A DNA stretch of 64,000 nt from Eledone cirrhosa (GCA_964016885.1 OZ024740.1:286006001-286070000), one strand, 5' to 3'; shown: positions 40,801 through 54,465, counted from the stretch's first letter. Numbers and translations are program-made. The notes: generated by a model from the letters alone, not told the origin.

Positions 40801-43800
40801 ATCAGAAACCCTGCCGTCCCTACCATTAACACCACCACCACCATAAACACTGGTGCCATCAATGTAAACATCACCTCCACCATCAGAAACCCTGCCATCT
40901 CTACCATTAACACAACCACCATAAACACTGGTGCCATCAATGTAAACATCACCTCCACCATCAGAAACTCTGCCATCCCTACCATTAACACCACAACCAC
41001 CATAAACACTGGTGCCATCAATGTAAACATCACCTCCACCATCAGAAACCCTGCCATCCCTACCATTAACACCACCACCATAAACACTGGTGCCATCAAT
41101 GTAAACATCACCTCCACAATCAGAAACCCTGCCATCCCTACCATTAACACCACCACCATAAACACTGGTGCCATCAATGTAAACATCACCTCCACCATCA
41201 GAAACCCTGCCATCCCTACCATTAACACCACAACCACCATAAACACTGGTGCCATCAATGTAAACATCACCTCCACCATCAGAAACCCTGCCATCCCTAC
41301 CATTAACACCACAACCACCATAAACACTGGTGCCATCAATGTAAACATCACCTCCACCATCAGAAACCCTGCCATCCCTACCATTAACACCACCACCACC
41401 ATAAACACTGGTGCCATCAATGTAAACATCACCGCCACCATCAGAACCCCTGCCATCCCTACCATTAACACCACCACCACCATAAATACTGGTCCCATCA
41501 ATGTAAACATCACCTCCACCATCAGAAACCCTGCCATCCCTACCATTAACACCACCACCATAAACACTGGTGCCATCAATGTAAACATCACCTCCACCAT
41601 CAGAAACCCTGCCATCCCTACCATTAACACCACTACCATAAACACTGGTGCCATCAATGTAAACATCACCTCCACCATCAGAAACCCTGCCATCCCTACC
41701 ATTAACACCACTACCATAAACACTGGTGCCATCAATGTAAACATCACCTCCACCATCAGAAACCCTGCCATCCCTACCATTAACACCACCACCATAAACA
41801 CTGGTGCCATCAATGTAAACATCACCTCCACCATCAGAAACCCTGCCATCCCTACCATTAACACCACCACCATAAACACTGGTGCCATCAATGTAAACAT
41901 CACCTCCACCATCAGAAACCCTGCCATCCCTACCATTAACACCACCACCATAAACACTGGTGCCATCAATGTAAACATCACCTCCACCATCAGAAACCCT
42001 GCCATCCCTACCATTAACACCACCACCATAAACACTGGTGCCATCAATGTAAACATCACCTCCACCATCAGAAACCCTGCCGTCCCTACCATTAACACCA
42101 CCACCATAAACACTGGTGCCATCAATGTAAACATCACCTCCACCATCAGAAACCCTGCCATCCCTACCATTAACACCACCACCATAAACACTGGTGCCAT
42201 CAATGTAAACATCACCTCCACCATCAGAAACCCTGCCATCCCTACCATTAACACCACAACCACCATAAACACTGGTGCCATCAATGTAAACATCACCTCC
42301 ACCATCAGAAACCCTGCCATCCCTACCATTAACACCACAACCACCATAAACACTGGTGCCATCAATGTAAACATCACCTCCACCATCAGAAACCCTGTCG
42401 TCCCTACCATTAACACCACCACCACCATAAACACTGGTGCCATCAATGTAAACATCACCTCCACCATCAGAAACCCTGCCGTCCCTACCATTAACACCAC
42501 CACCACCATAAATACTGGTGCCATCAATGTAAACATCACCTCCACCATCAGAAACCCTGCCATCCCTACCATTAACACCACCACCACCATAAATACTGGT
42601 GCCATCAATGTAAACATCACCTCCACCATCAGAAACCCTGCCATCCCTACCATTAACACCACCACCATAAACACTGGTGCCATCAATGTAAACATCACCT
42701 CCACCATCAGAAACTCTGCCATCCCTACCATTAACACCACCACCATAAACACTGGTGCCATCAATGTAAACATCACCTCCACCATCAGAAACCCTGCCAT
42801 CCCTACCATTAACACCACCACCATAAACACTGGTGCCATCAATGTAAACATCACCTCCACCATCAGAAACTCTGCCATCCCTACCATTAACACCACCACC
42901 ATAAACACTGGTGCCATCAATGTAAACATCACCTCCACCATCAGAAACCCTGCCATCCCTACCATTAACACCACCACCATAAACACTGGTGCCATCAATG
43001 TAAACATCACCTCCACCATCAGAAACTCTGCCATCCCTACCATTAACACCACCACCATAAACACTGGTGCCATCAATGTAAACATCACCTCCACCATCAG
43101 AAACCCTGCCGTCCCTACCATTAACACCACCACCACCATAAATACTGGTGCCATCAATGTAAACATCACCTCCACCATCAGAAACCCTGCCATCCCTACC
43201 ATTAACACCACCACCACCATAAATACTGGTGCCATCAATGTAAACATCACCTCCACCATCAGAAACCCTGCCATCCCTACCATTAACACCACCACCATAA
43301 ACACTGGTGCCATCAATGTAAACATCACCTCCACCATCAGAAACTCTGCCATCCCTACCATTAACACCACCACCATAAACACTGGTGCCATCAATGTAAA
43401 CATCACCTCCACCATCAGAAACCCTGCCATCCCTACCATTAACACCACCACCATAAATACTGGTGCCATCAATGTAAACATCACCTCCACCATCAGAAAC
43501 CCTGCCATCCCTACCATTAACACCACCACCATAAACACTGGTGCCATCAATGTAAACATCACCTCCACCATCAGAAACCCTGCCATCCCTACCATTAACA
43601 CCACCACCACCATAAATACTGGTCCCATCAATGTAAACATCACCTCCACCATCAGAAACCCTGCCATCCCTACCATTAACACCACCACCATAAACACTGG
43701 TGCCATCAATGTAAACATCACCTCCACCATCAGAAACCCTGCCATCCCTACCATTAACACCACCACCATAAACACTGGTGCCATCAATGTAAACATCACC

Positions 43801-46800
43801 TCCACCATCAGAAACCCTGCCATCCCTACCATTAACACCACCACCATAAACACTGGTGCCATCAATGTAAACATCACCTCCACCATCAGAAACCCTGCCG
43901 TCCCTACCATTAACACCACCACCATAAATACTGGTGCCATCAATGTAAACATCACCTCCACCATCAGAAACCCTGCCATCCCTACCATTAACACCACAAC
44001 CACCATAAACACTGGTGCCATCAATGTAAACATCACCTCCACCATCAGAAACCCTGCCATCTCTACCATTAACACAACCACCATAAACACTGGTGCCATC
44101 AATGTAAACATCACCTCCACCATCAGAAGCCCTTCCATCCCTACCATTAACACCACCACCATAAACACTGGTGCCATCAATGTAAACATCACCTCCACCA
44201 TCAGAAACCCTGCCATCCCTACCATTAACACCACCACCATAAACACTGGTGCCATCAATGTAAACATCACCTCCACCATCAGAAACCCTGCCATCCCTAC
44301 CATTAACACCACAACCACCATAAATACTGGTGCCATCAATGTAAACATCACCTCCACCATCAGAAGCCCTTCCATCCCTACCATTAACACCACCACCATA
44401 AACACTGGTGCCATCAATGTAAACATCACCTCCACCATCAGAAACCCTGCCATCCCTACCATTAACACCACAACCACCATAAATACTGGTGCCATCAATG
44501 TAAACATCACCTCCACCATCAGAAGCCCTTCCATCCCTACCATTAACACCACCACCATAAACACTGGTGCCATCAATGTAAACATCACCTCCACCATCAG
44601 AAACCCTGCCATCCCTACCATTAACACCACCACCATAAACACTGGTGCCATCAATGTAAACATCACCTCCACCATCAGAAACCCTGCCATCCCTACCATT
44701 AACACCACCACCATAAACACTGGTGCCATCAATGTAAACATCACCTCCACCATCAGAAACTCTGCCATCCCTACCATTAACACCACAACCACCATAAACA
44801 CTGGTGCCATCAATGTAAACATCACCTCCACCATCAGAAACCCTGCCATCCCTACCATTAACACCACAACCACCATAAATACTGGTGCCATCAATGTAAA
44901 CATCACCTCCACCATCAGAAACCCTGCCATCCCTACCATTAACACCACAACCACCATAAACACTGGTGCCATCAATGTAAACATCACCTCCACCATCAGA
45001 AACCCTGCCATCCCTACCATTAACACCACCACCACCATAAACACTGGTGCCATCAATGTAAACATCACCGCCACCATCAGAACCCCTGCCATCCCTACCA
45101 TTAACACCATCACCACCATAAATACTGGTCCCATCAATGTAAACATCACCTCCACCATCAGAAACCCTGCCATCCCTACCATTAACACCACCACCATAGA
45201 CACTGGTGCCATCAATGTAAACATCACCTCCACCATCAGAAACCCTGCCATCCCTACCATTAACACCACCACCATAAACACTGGTGCCATCAATGTAAAC
45301 ATCACCTCCACCATCAGAAACCCTGCCATCCCTACCATTAACACCACAACCACCATAAACACTGGTGCCATCAATGTAAACATCACCTCCACCATCAGAA
45401 ACCCTGCCATCACTACCATTAACACCACCACCATAAACACTGGTCCCATCAATGTAAACATCACCTCCACCATCAGAAACCCTGTCGTCCCTACCATTAA
45501 CACCACCACCACCATAAACACTGGTGCCATCAATGTAAACATCACCTCCACCATCAGAAACCCTGCCATCCCTACCATTAACACCACAACCACCATAAAC
45601 ACTGGTGCCATCAATGTAAACATCACCTCCACCATCAGAAACCCTGTCGTCCCTACCATTAACACCACCACCACCATAAACACTGGTGCCATCAATGTAA
45701 ACATCACCTCCACCATCAGAAACCCTGCCATCACTACCATTAACACCACCACCATAAACACTGGTGCCATCAATGTAAACATCACCTCCACCATCAGAAA
45801 CCCTGCCGTCCCTACCATTAACACCACCACCACCATAAATACTGGTGCCATCAATGTAAACATCACCTCCACCATCAGAAACCCTGCCATCCCTACCATT
45901 AACACCACCACCACCATAAATACTGGTGCCATCAATGTAAACATCACCTCCACCATCAGAAACCCTGCCATCCCTACCATTAACACCACCACCATAAACA
46001 CTGGTGCCATCAATGTAAAAATCACCTCCACCATCAGAAACTCTGCCATCCCTACCACCACCACCACCACCACCATAAACACTGGTGCCATCAATGTAAA
46101 CATCACCTCCACCATCAGAAACCCTGCCATCCCTACCACCACCACCACCACCACCATAAACACTGGTGCCATCAATGTAAACATCACCTCCACCATCAGA
46201 AACCCTGCCATCCCTACCATTAACACAACCACCATAAACACTGGTGCCATCAATGTAAACATCACCTCCACCATCAGAAACCCTGCCATCCCTACCATTA
46301 ACACAACCACCATAAACACTGGTGCCATCAATGTAAACATCACCCCACCATCAGAAACCCTGCCATCCCTACCATTAACACCACAACCACCATAAACACT
46401 GGTGCCATCAATGTAAACATCACCTCCACCATCAGAAACTCTGCCATCCCTACCATTAACACCACCACCATAAACACTGGTGCCATCAATGTAAACATCA
46501 CCTCCACCATCAGAAACTCTGCCATCCCTACCATTAACACCACCACCACCATAAATACTGGTGCCATCAATGTAAACATCACCTCCACCATCAGAAACTC
46601 TGCCATCTCTACCATTAACACCACCACCACCATAAACACTGGTGCCATCAATGTAAACATCACCTCCACCATCAGAAACCCTGCCATCTCTACCATTAAC
46701 ACCACAACCACCATAAACACTGGTGCCATCAATGTAAACATCACCTCCACCATCAGAAACCCTGCCATCCCTACCATTAACACCACAACCACCATAAACA

Positions 46801-48120
46801 CTGGTGCCATCAATGTAAACATCACCTCCACCATCAGAAACCCTGCCATCCCTACCATTAACACCACCACCACCATAAACACTGGTGCCATCAATGTAAA
46901 CATCACCTCCACCATCAGAAACTCTGCCATCTCTACCATTAACACCACCACCACCATAAACACTGGTGCCATCAATGTAAACATCACCTCCACCATCAGA
47001 AACTCTGCCATCCCTACCATTAACACCACAACCACCATAAACACTGGTGCCATCAATGTAAACATCACCTCCACCATCAGAAACCCTGCCATCCCTACCA
47101 TTAACACCACCACCATAAACACTGGTGCCATCCATGTAAACATCACCTCCACCATCAGAAACCCTACCATCCCTACCATTAACACCACCACCATAAACAC
47201 TGGTGCCATCCATGTAAACATCACCTCCACCATCAGAAACCCTACCATCCCTACCATTAACACCACCACCATAAACACTGGTCCCATCAATGTAAACATC
47301 ACCTCCACCATCAGAAACCCTGCCATCCCTACCATTAACACCACCACCATAAACACTGGTCCCATCAATCTAAACATCACCTCCACCATCAGAAACCCTG
47401 CCATCCCTACCATAAACACTGGTCCCATTAATGTAAACATCACCTCCACCATCAGAAACCCTGCCATCCCTACCATTAACACCACAACCACCATAAACAC
47501 TGGTGCCATCAATGTAAACATCACCTCCACCATCAGAAACCCTGCCATCCCTACCATTAACACCACCACCATAAATACTGGTGCCATCAATGTAAACATC
47601 ACCTCCACCATCAGAAACCCTGCCATCCCTACCATTAACACCACAACCACCATAAACACTGGTGCCATCAATGTAAACATCACCTCCACCATCAGAAACC
47701 CTGCCATCCCTACCATTAACACCACCACCATAAACACTGGTGCCATCAATGTAAACATCACCTCCACCATTAGAAACCCTGCCATCCCTACCATTAACAT
47801 CACAACCATAAACACTGGTGCCATCAATGTAAACATCACCTCCACCATCAGAAACCCTGTCGTCCCTACCATTAACATCACCACCATAAACAGTGTCAAC
47901 ATCATCATAAACATTGCCAATACCATTAACACCACCACCATAAACACTGGTGCCATCAATGTAAACATCACCTCCACCATCAGAAACCCTGCCATCCCTA
48001 CCATTAACATCACAACCATAAACACTGGTGCCATCAATGTAAACATCACCTCCACCATCAGAAACCCTGTCGTCCCTACCATTAACATCACCACCATAAA
48101 CAGTGTCAACATCATCATAA
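31860..48120. repeat. Intronic minisatellite, roughly 200 copies of a 78/81-bp unit
   Basis: Unit ACCATTAACACCACC(ACC)ACCATAAACACTGGTGCCATCAATGTAAACATCACCTCCACCATCAGAAACCCTGCCATCCCT; period 78 between 31895 and 31973; degenerate ACC/ATC-rich flanks at 31735-31860 and 48120-48620. Confidence 0.99.
32200..43680. repeat. 5,714-bp higher-order tandem duplication within the minisatellite
   Basis: Rare variants recur at exactly +5714: CATCACCCCA 32291/38005, ATG variant 34619/40333, ORF starts 33007/38721. Confidence 0.95.
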
Positions 48121-48894
48121 ACATTGGCAATACCACCAACACTATCATCAAAACACCACCACCACAAATGCTGCCACCATAAATACTGCTGCCATTAACA
48201 TAAACATCAGCACCACTACAACCATCTCTGCCATAATAAAAATTACCAATACCACCAACATTATCATAAAAACACTAGCACCATCACTAAACACTGATAA
48301 CAGTTTCACTGCCACCATAAATACTGCTGCTCTCGACATAAACATCACCACCACTTCCACCCCTACCAATACCATTAAATACTTCCACCCTTACCAATAA
48401 CACCACTGCCAACATCATCATAAACATTGCCTATACAACCAACACTATCATAAAAAAAACACTATCATCACCACCATCATAAACACTGCTATCATCAACA
48501 TAAACATCACCACCACAAATTCTACTGCAACCACCATTATAAACACTGCCACCACTATCACCACCACCATCACCACCACCACCACAACTGCTGTCTCTGT
48601 TGTATTTGTCATCATCATTATCATTCTTTGTATTTACTTCTCTCTTGTAACACTCAGAATGCTCAACATAATTAACTGCTTATGTTGTTTTTTCTTCTAC
48701 TGTCAACTTAATTAGAATTAATAGGTGTGAGGTAACATTGAATTGACTTTTTTCTCTTTGTAATCTCTTCAGCACCTCTAGATCTTTGTTTTCTTCACAA
48801 CATATTCTTGTGTAGTTAATTGTCTTTATTCAAAGCAACACATTATAGATTAGGGGTTATGGTGTAACTTTTAAATGCTATGGAAGCACAAAGC

Positions 48895-49405
48895 ACAGAC
48901 ATGTCTGTTAAGAAGTTTGCTTTGCAACCCCGTGGCTTCTAGTTCAATCCCACTACATGGCACATGGAGCAAGTGTCTTCTATTATAGCTCCAGGCTGAC
49001 AAATACTTTGTGAGTGAATTTAGTAGATGAAAACTCTGAAGAAATCTGTCAAGTATATATGTATGTGTGTGAAGGCATGTGGTTTTGTGGTTAGAGAGTT
49101 GGATTCACAAACGTGAGGTGGTGAGCTCAATTCCTGGACTAGGCAATGCATTATGTCCTTGAGCAAGACACTTTATTTCACATGGCTCTAGTTTACTCAG
49201 CCGTAGAAATGAGCTGCGACATTAGTGGTGTTAAGCTGTATCAGGCTTTCCCTTGGGTATCATTGATGGTGTGGAGCAGGGACACTGGTATGCATGAGCA
49301 ACTGTTGGTCTTTCATAAAAACACTTTACCCAGTCTTTTGCTATGCTGGGGAAATTTCTAGGTACAAAACCCTTGATCATTCATAACCAAAAAGGTCTTT
49401 ACCAT
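48895..49405 (+). mobile_element. Two adjacent decayed tRNA-derived SINEs
   Basis: GTTCAATCCCACT...GAGCAAGTGTCTTCTATTATAGC head, then a second head GCATGTGG...GCTCAATTCC...CCTTGAGCAAGACACTTTATTTCAC. Confidence 0.75.
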
Positions 49406-49439
49406 ATATGAATATAACTTAGACTTGTATTAAATAGGG

Positions 49440-50050
49440 CAACCATGACAGTAACTTCATAATCATTGCAGGCAACTTTAATGGGTTTGTTATGCAACAC
49501 TGCGATGGCTTCAATGGGATCCACAGGGGTTATGGGTTTGGTGCTAGAAATAAGTAATGTTTCAGGCTCTTGGAATTCTTCGATGGTAATGACCTATCTA
49601 TCTGTAGCACAAACTTCAAAAAACGAGACAACCACTTAATCACCTATAAATCAGGTGAGCATGCCAATCAGATAGATTTTATTCTTACCAGAAGACTAGA
49701 CAGTGATGGCTCTGAACACAAGAAGAATGCACCTGCCAATATGACTTAGTAGTTAGCAACCTTATAGTTAGAGCTAGAAAAACGTGGCACAGAAGACAAC
49801 CTGGAGGAGAAGAATATGGAAGTTAAAAGACCCATCAACCAGTAACAAATTTAGAAGTATGTTGATTGACAGCTTCGACAGAAAGGAAGAGCAAATAGAT
49901 AGAGACATGATATAGAGGAGCAGTGGGAGTTCCTGAAAGATAACCTACTGAAAGCGACAAATGAAATCTGTGGTTGGAGTAGGTTTCTTGGGAGAAGGAG
50001 AGTGACTTAGTGGTGGAATAGTAAGGTATATGAGACAATTAAGGCCAAAA
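49440..50050 (+). mobile_element. RTE-type LINE endonuclease fragment
   Basis: IIAGNFNG, HRGYGFGARN, LSICSTNFKKRDNHLITYKSG...QIDFIL. Confidence 0.85.
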
Positions 50051-50069
50051 GACACATCCATTGGAGCAT

Positions 50070-50262
50070 GCATGTTTTTATGTACCCATAGCCTGCATTT
50101 GGTACATAGTATGGAATTTCTACCTACGCCTTTCCTGCACACTGAACAAGGCCATTTTCCAGAGGGAATCTGGGCCCTACTTTCCTTTCTACATACTAGA
50201 ACTTTAGTCTTAGACAAGTTAACTTTAAAACCTTTTGATTCTAGGCCATACTTCCAGGTTTG
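50070..50262 (-). mobile_element. RTE-type LINE fragment with a Cys/His finger
   Basis: KTKVLVCRKESRAQIPSGKWPCSVCRKGVGRNSILCTKCRLWVHK; homologous to 13600-13760. Confidence 0.85.
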
Positions 50263-50335
<73 letters not shown>

Positions 50336-51724
50336 ATCATATTTTTCGAAGTGTTGCGTGAATTATCAATTTGAATGTACATTAACTTTTTCTTTCAAAG
50401 TTAACAGCTTCAATGCCGATTTATTGAGACTATGAAAATTAACAAGTTAGGTATGTAAGCTCCTAGAGATAGGAAAAAGTGGACAGCCTATGAGACTCAA
50501 ATTCAGAAGTTCAAGTAAAACTTATCTAACTGTTTGGTATATGAACATGAAGTTAAATTATATTTGTAACAAATAACTTTTCAGTTCTTTCTGCTGTTCA
50601 TTTGATCCTATTTTTACCATGTTGATTGTTACAGTAGACAGTTGCTTTACTGTATTTGTTATTGGTCTCTATGCTGAGTTCAAATCTCGCCAAGGTCAAT
50701 ATGGCATTTCATTTACTGTGAGCTGGTTTTAATTTCTTGTCGGAAAGATTTCCTATAAGTTACTAAATTTAATATAAAGTATTAGTCCAGGAGAGTGAAT
50801 TGGCAAAGTTGTTACAGACAGTGTCAAACAAGATGTGCTGTCATATCTCTTTTAACTCTTTGTGTTGTGTGTCCACTTGCAATGTCACTGGTTCCAAGCT
50901 GTATTGGTCCTTGAATTTCCTTCAGACAACATTGGTGGTTTGGAGAGGAAAGACTTGTATGCATGGGTGACTACTACATTCCACAAAAAAGCCTGTGCCT
51001 TATGGAGGAACTTCCCAGGTTCAGATTGGTGGTCTCATAAGGCATACACAGAAGCCCCGGATTATTGTTTAGAGAAAAGGTCAAAATAGATACATGACTG
51101 TGAGACTTATAGTTGCTGTCATGTGTGGTTTCTTCAGCCAGATATACCCTGTATGGAAACAAATGTAGTAATTATATTGAAGAAATCTTTGGCTAACAGA
51201 ATATTACTTTTTAGTTGAACACATATTTACATTTACTATTAGTTAATACTAAGTCCTATTGATGTTAAATGAAATGTCTAATCAATTAGTTTTCAATTAC
51301 TCATAGCATTTATGGAGGCAACATACGTAAATGGATACGTAAATGGTTAAGTTCACTTTGCAACCGTGACATTCCTCGTTCCATTCCACTTTGTGGCATC
51401 TTGGGCAAGTGTCATTTAACATAGCCTCAAATCAACCTAAGTCTTGGAAGTGAAATTGGGGGATGAAAACTATTTGTAAACCTATCAGATGGATTGTACC
51501 TGCTATCCAAAAGGCCAGCCTTGTCTCACACTGTCATGTTGAATCTCTACGAGGATTATATAAATCCTACACATGTTTGTTGTTGAATATTCAACTACTT
51601 GTAGGTTAATGTAACTAGCAGGCTATTTCATTAATCAAATGACTAGAACTTGTTAAAACTAGCACAAGTCCACTTACTTCTACCCAGCTTAAATATTGAT
51701 TTAAAAAATCTTTTTGGATGTTTG

Positions 51725-51777
<53 letters not shown>

Positions 51778-52657
51778 TGTGTGTGTATATTATATAAAAT
51801 GCATGACAAACTGGCATATACTTTCTAGGTTGCTTCCAATGACTGGTGAACAAAGCAGCAATAACATCAGCTTACTCTGTAAAACTTTGAGTACTTAGGA
51901 TGGGATATGCCAGCTTGCAATATAATATATTATATTTATATTATATAATATATTATATTATATAATATATTATATTTACTTCTATATTTACATATTGAGG
52001 ACTCTTTCTTTAGTGATTACAACCCCACATTCAGGCAACAATATATATGTGTATGTTTCTCTCTATAAGTTTTATTTGGTTATAAAGAGTTGCAGATGTA
52101 ATTTGAGAGCTAATTAGCCTATCATATGACAAGCTAGAAATTAATTACCTACTACCTACCTTATATTGCCATATACTCTTATGGTTATTCATTACAGATG
52201 ATATTTCTAATAAACTATTTGGCCATTAATTAATTCATGGTAGTACTGAATCAAGTAATATACTTAGTTCTTCATCTAATGGATTTTGAACGAAGAATGT
52301 AATTAAGATTCTTGAAAATTCCATCAACAGAATCTATTGGTTATTTTGAAGTTTTTATGAAGTAATGAAACAACTCTACTATAAAAAAAATACATATATA
52401 TATAAATTTAAAAAATTACTGTTTTCAATTTCTTTCATTTCATTGGTTGCAATCATGTATTGTGAATTTTAAAATTTGTTAAATCTGCTGAGTGACCTAA
52501 TATGTTTTGTAAATGTTTAATTTTTCTATATTATACATTTTTTCTTTCTCTTTCTCTATACAAACTTCCAACCTGATTGTTCTTTTAAATAGTTACTTTC
52601 TCTTTTATGTTTAAAGAATCTTTGTTATGCATATTGTATTCTTTTTTCTTCCTCCAG

Positions 52658-52678
52658 CGATTTGATCTTTTCCAGGAG
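52658..52678 (+). CDS. Candidate 21-nt in-frame microexon (RFDLFQE) of the PDZ-GEF gene
   Basis: Strong acceptor TTCTTTTTTCTTCCTCCAG, donor GAG|GTGAGG, length a multiple of 3, phase 0-0 compatible, upstream TGC at 52628-52630 and a long pyrimidine-rich region. Confidence 0.55.
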
Positions 52679-53089
52679 GTGAGGTTTGGTTTTTGTGTTT
52701 GTCTTTTACACAATAAAAAATACAATATATATGTATATATATTATATATATCCTTCTGCTTGTTCTGCACTGTAACAAAACCAAAATGACCAAGTTTTCG
52801 ATCTCAATAGCTGCTATTGTATTTCTTGTGTTGTTGTAAGATTATATATAATCATCATCATTAACATTTAACATTTACTTTTATATGCTGGCATGGTTGT
52901 TACAGACCTTGTTAGTACTCAATTGGAGCTACTGTCCTCCCACACAGAGGAGCAAGTTTACTGGCAAGTTGCTGTACAACAAAAGACCTGTTGTCCACCA
53001 GTACAAGCATTGCAACAGTAAAAGTAAATGTGCCAAGAGATTAGAGACTCCATCAAGAGGAGAGACCTCAGCTCCTTACACACTAAGAC

Positions 53090-53600
53090 AATGTGTGTGC
53101 CATGATAGAATACACTCAGTGCACTGTTGACAAAAAGAGACAATATAAGGTAGAGAGAACTCCTCAGTCTGGCTATTCAGATGACAACATTTCATGCTAG
53201 TGCCATGACAAAATGTATCCCATGCACTCTGTAAAGTGGTAGTGTTGGTGCTATGATAAAATGCACCCAGTGCACTATGTAAGGTGGTTGTTCTTAGGAA
53301 GGGCATCCAACTGTAGAAACCAAATATGGAATGTATGAGAATGATAAGGTCTTTCTGACCTGTTTAGCCCCAGACTGTGACAACCCATCTAACCTATACT
53401 GATATGGAAGACATGCATACATTATTTAACATGCATTGTTTCATGCTGGTATGGGTTGGACTGACCAAGTCAGTACTTAACTGATGCAACTGGCCTCCCA
53501 GATAGGCTGAGGACCACATGCCATATACATTTTGGGTTTAGCATGGTTTCTACTGCTGGATGCCCTTCCCGTTACCAACTATTTTGCAGAATGTACTGGA
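53090..53600. mobile_element. Tail-to-tail pair of decayed SINE 3' halves
   Basis: GGAAGGGCATCCAACTGTAGAAACC at ~53297 and its reverse complement GGTTTCTACTGCTGGATGCCCTTCC at ~53545. Confidence 0.7.
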
Positions 53601-53632
53601 TGGTTATTGTGTCCTGAAAAAACCTGTCCACT

Positions 53633-53709
<77 letters not shown>

Positions 53710-53711
<2 letters not shown>

Positions 53712-54058
53712 AGGCACATGGCTTAGTGGTTAGAGCATTTGCCTTGTAATCAAAAGGTTGTGAGTTCAATTTTCAGACCGGGTGATGTGTTGTTTCCTTG
53801 AGCAAGACACTTTATTTCACATTGCTCCAGTTTACTCAGCTGTAGAAATGAGATGATAGGGACTGGGGTGCCTATCATTCCACTGCAAAGTGGTCGTGGA
53901 GGTGCCAGGGCAAAAAAGCACCCAGCACTCACTGTAAATGAGGTTGGTGTTAGGAAGGGCATCTAGCTGTAGAAATCAAGCCAGAATCAGTTCCCGTCCC
54001 ACCCTTGCAAGCAGGGAAAAAGCGGACGTAAAATGAAATGATGATGATGATGAATGAT
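53710..54058 (+). mobile_element. tRNA-derived SINE family A, full length, embedded in (TA)n
   Basis: GGAGGCACATGGCTTAGTGG...GAGTTCAATT...GCGGACGTAAAATGAAA(TGA)n; (TA)n on both sides. Confidence 0.92.
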
Positions 54059-54465
54059 ATATATATATATATATATATATAGTCAAGTGGTTAAGGAGTT
54101 TGATTTGTAACTATTAGATCTTGGGGTCAATTTCAGTACATAGAATCATGAGTGTCTTTTACCATAACATCAGGTTGACTCCAGCCATTCAGATGAACTG
54201 TATCTGTGATTCAAATGTACACCCTTGATGCACTTTGTCATGCTGATTTGAAAATTACATTAGTGGCACACATGTCTGTGGAATATTCAGCCATTTTGCA
54301 TGTTAATTCCTTCAGCAGGTAGTTTATTTGATTGAACAGCTGGGCACTTATATATCATCTTCAACAGGGCAGTTTATCATCATTTCATCTTACTACTACA
54401 CAAGAAGCACAATATATTATATAGATTGTGTGTATATGTTTGTGTGTGTGTGTGTATATATATAG

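Noticed and set aside
31860-48120. CRISPR-like array
   Set aside because: No unique spacers; head-to-tail tandem repeat in eukaryotic DNA
31835-48375. Giant ORFs (up to 3068 aa) on both strands as real genes
   Set aside because: Fully explained by a stop-free triplet-phased unit; starts are sporadic point variants, there is no unique domain, signal peptide or convincing splice site, and frames overlap on both strands. Kept only as a hypothesis in findings.
51050-51089. DYCLEK peptide as the next PDZ-GEF exon (expected VRDCLEKDP-like)
   Set aside because: Followed by a stop within four codons, no acceptor and no further similarity
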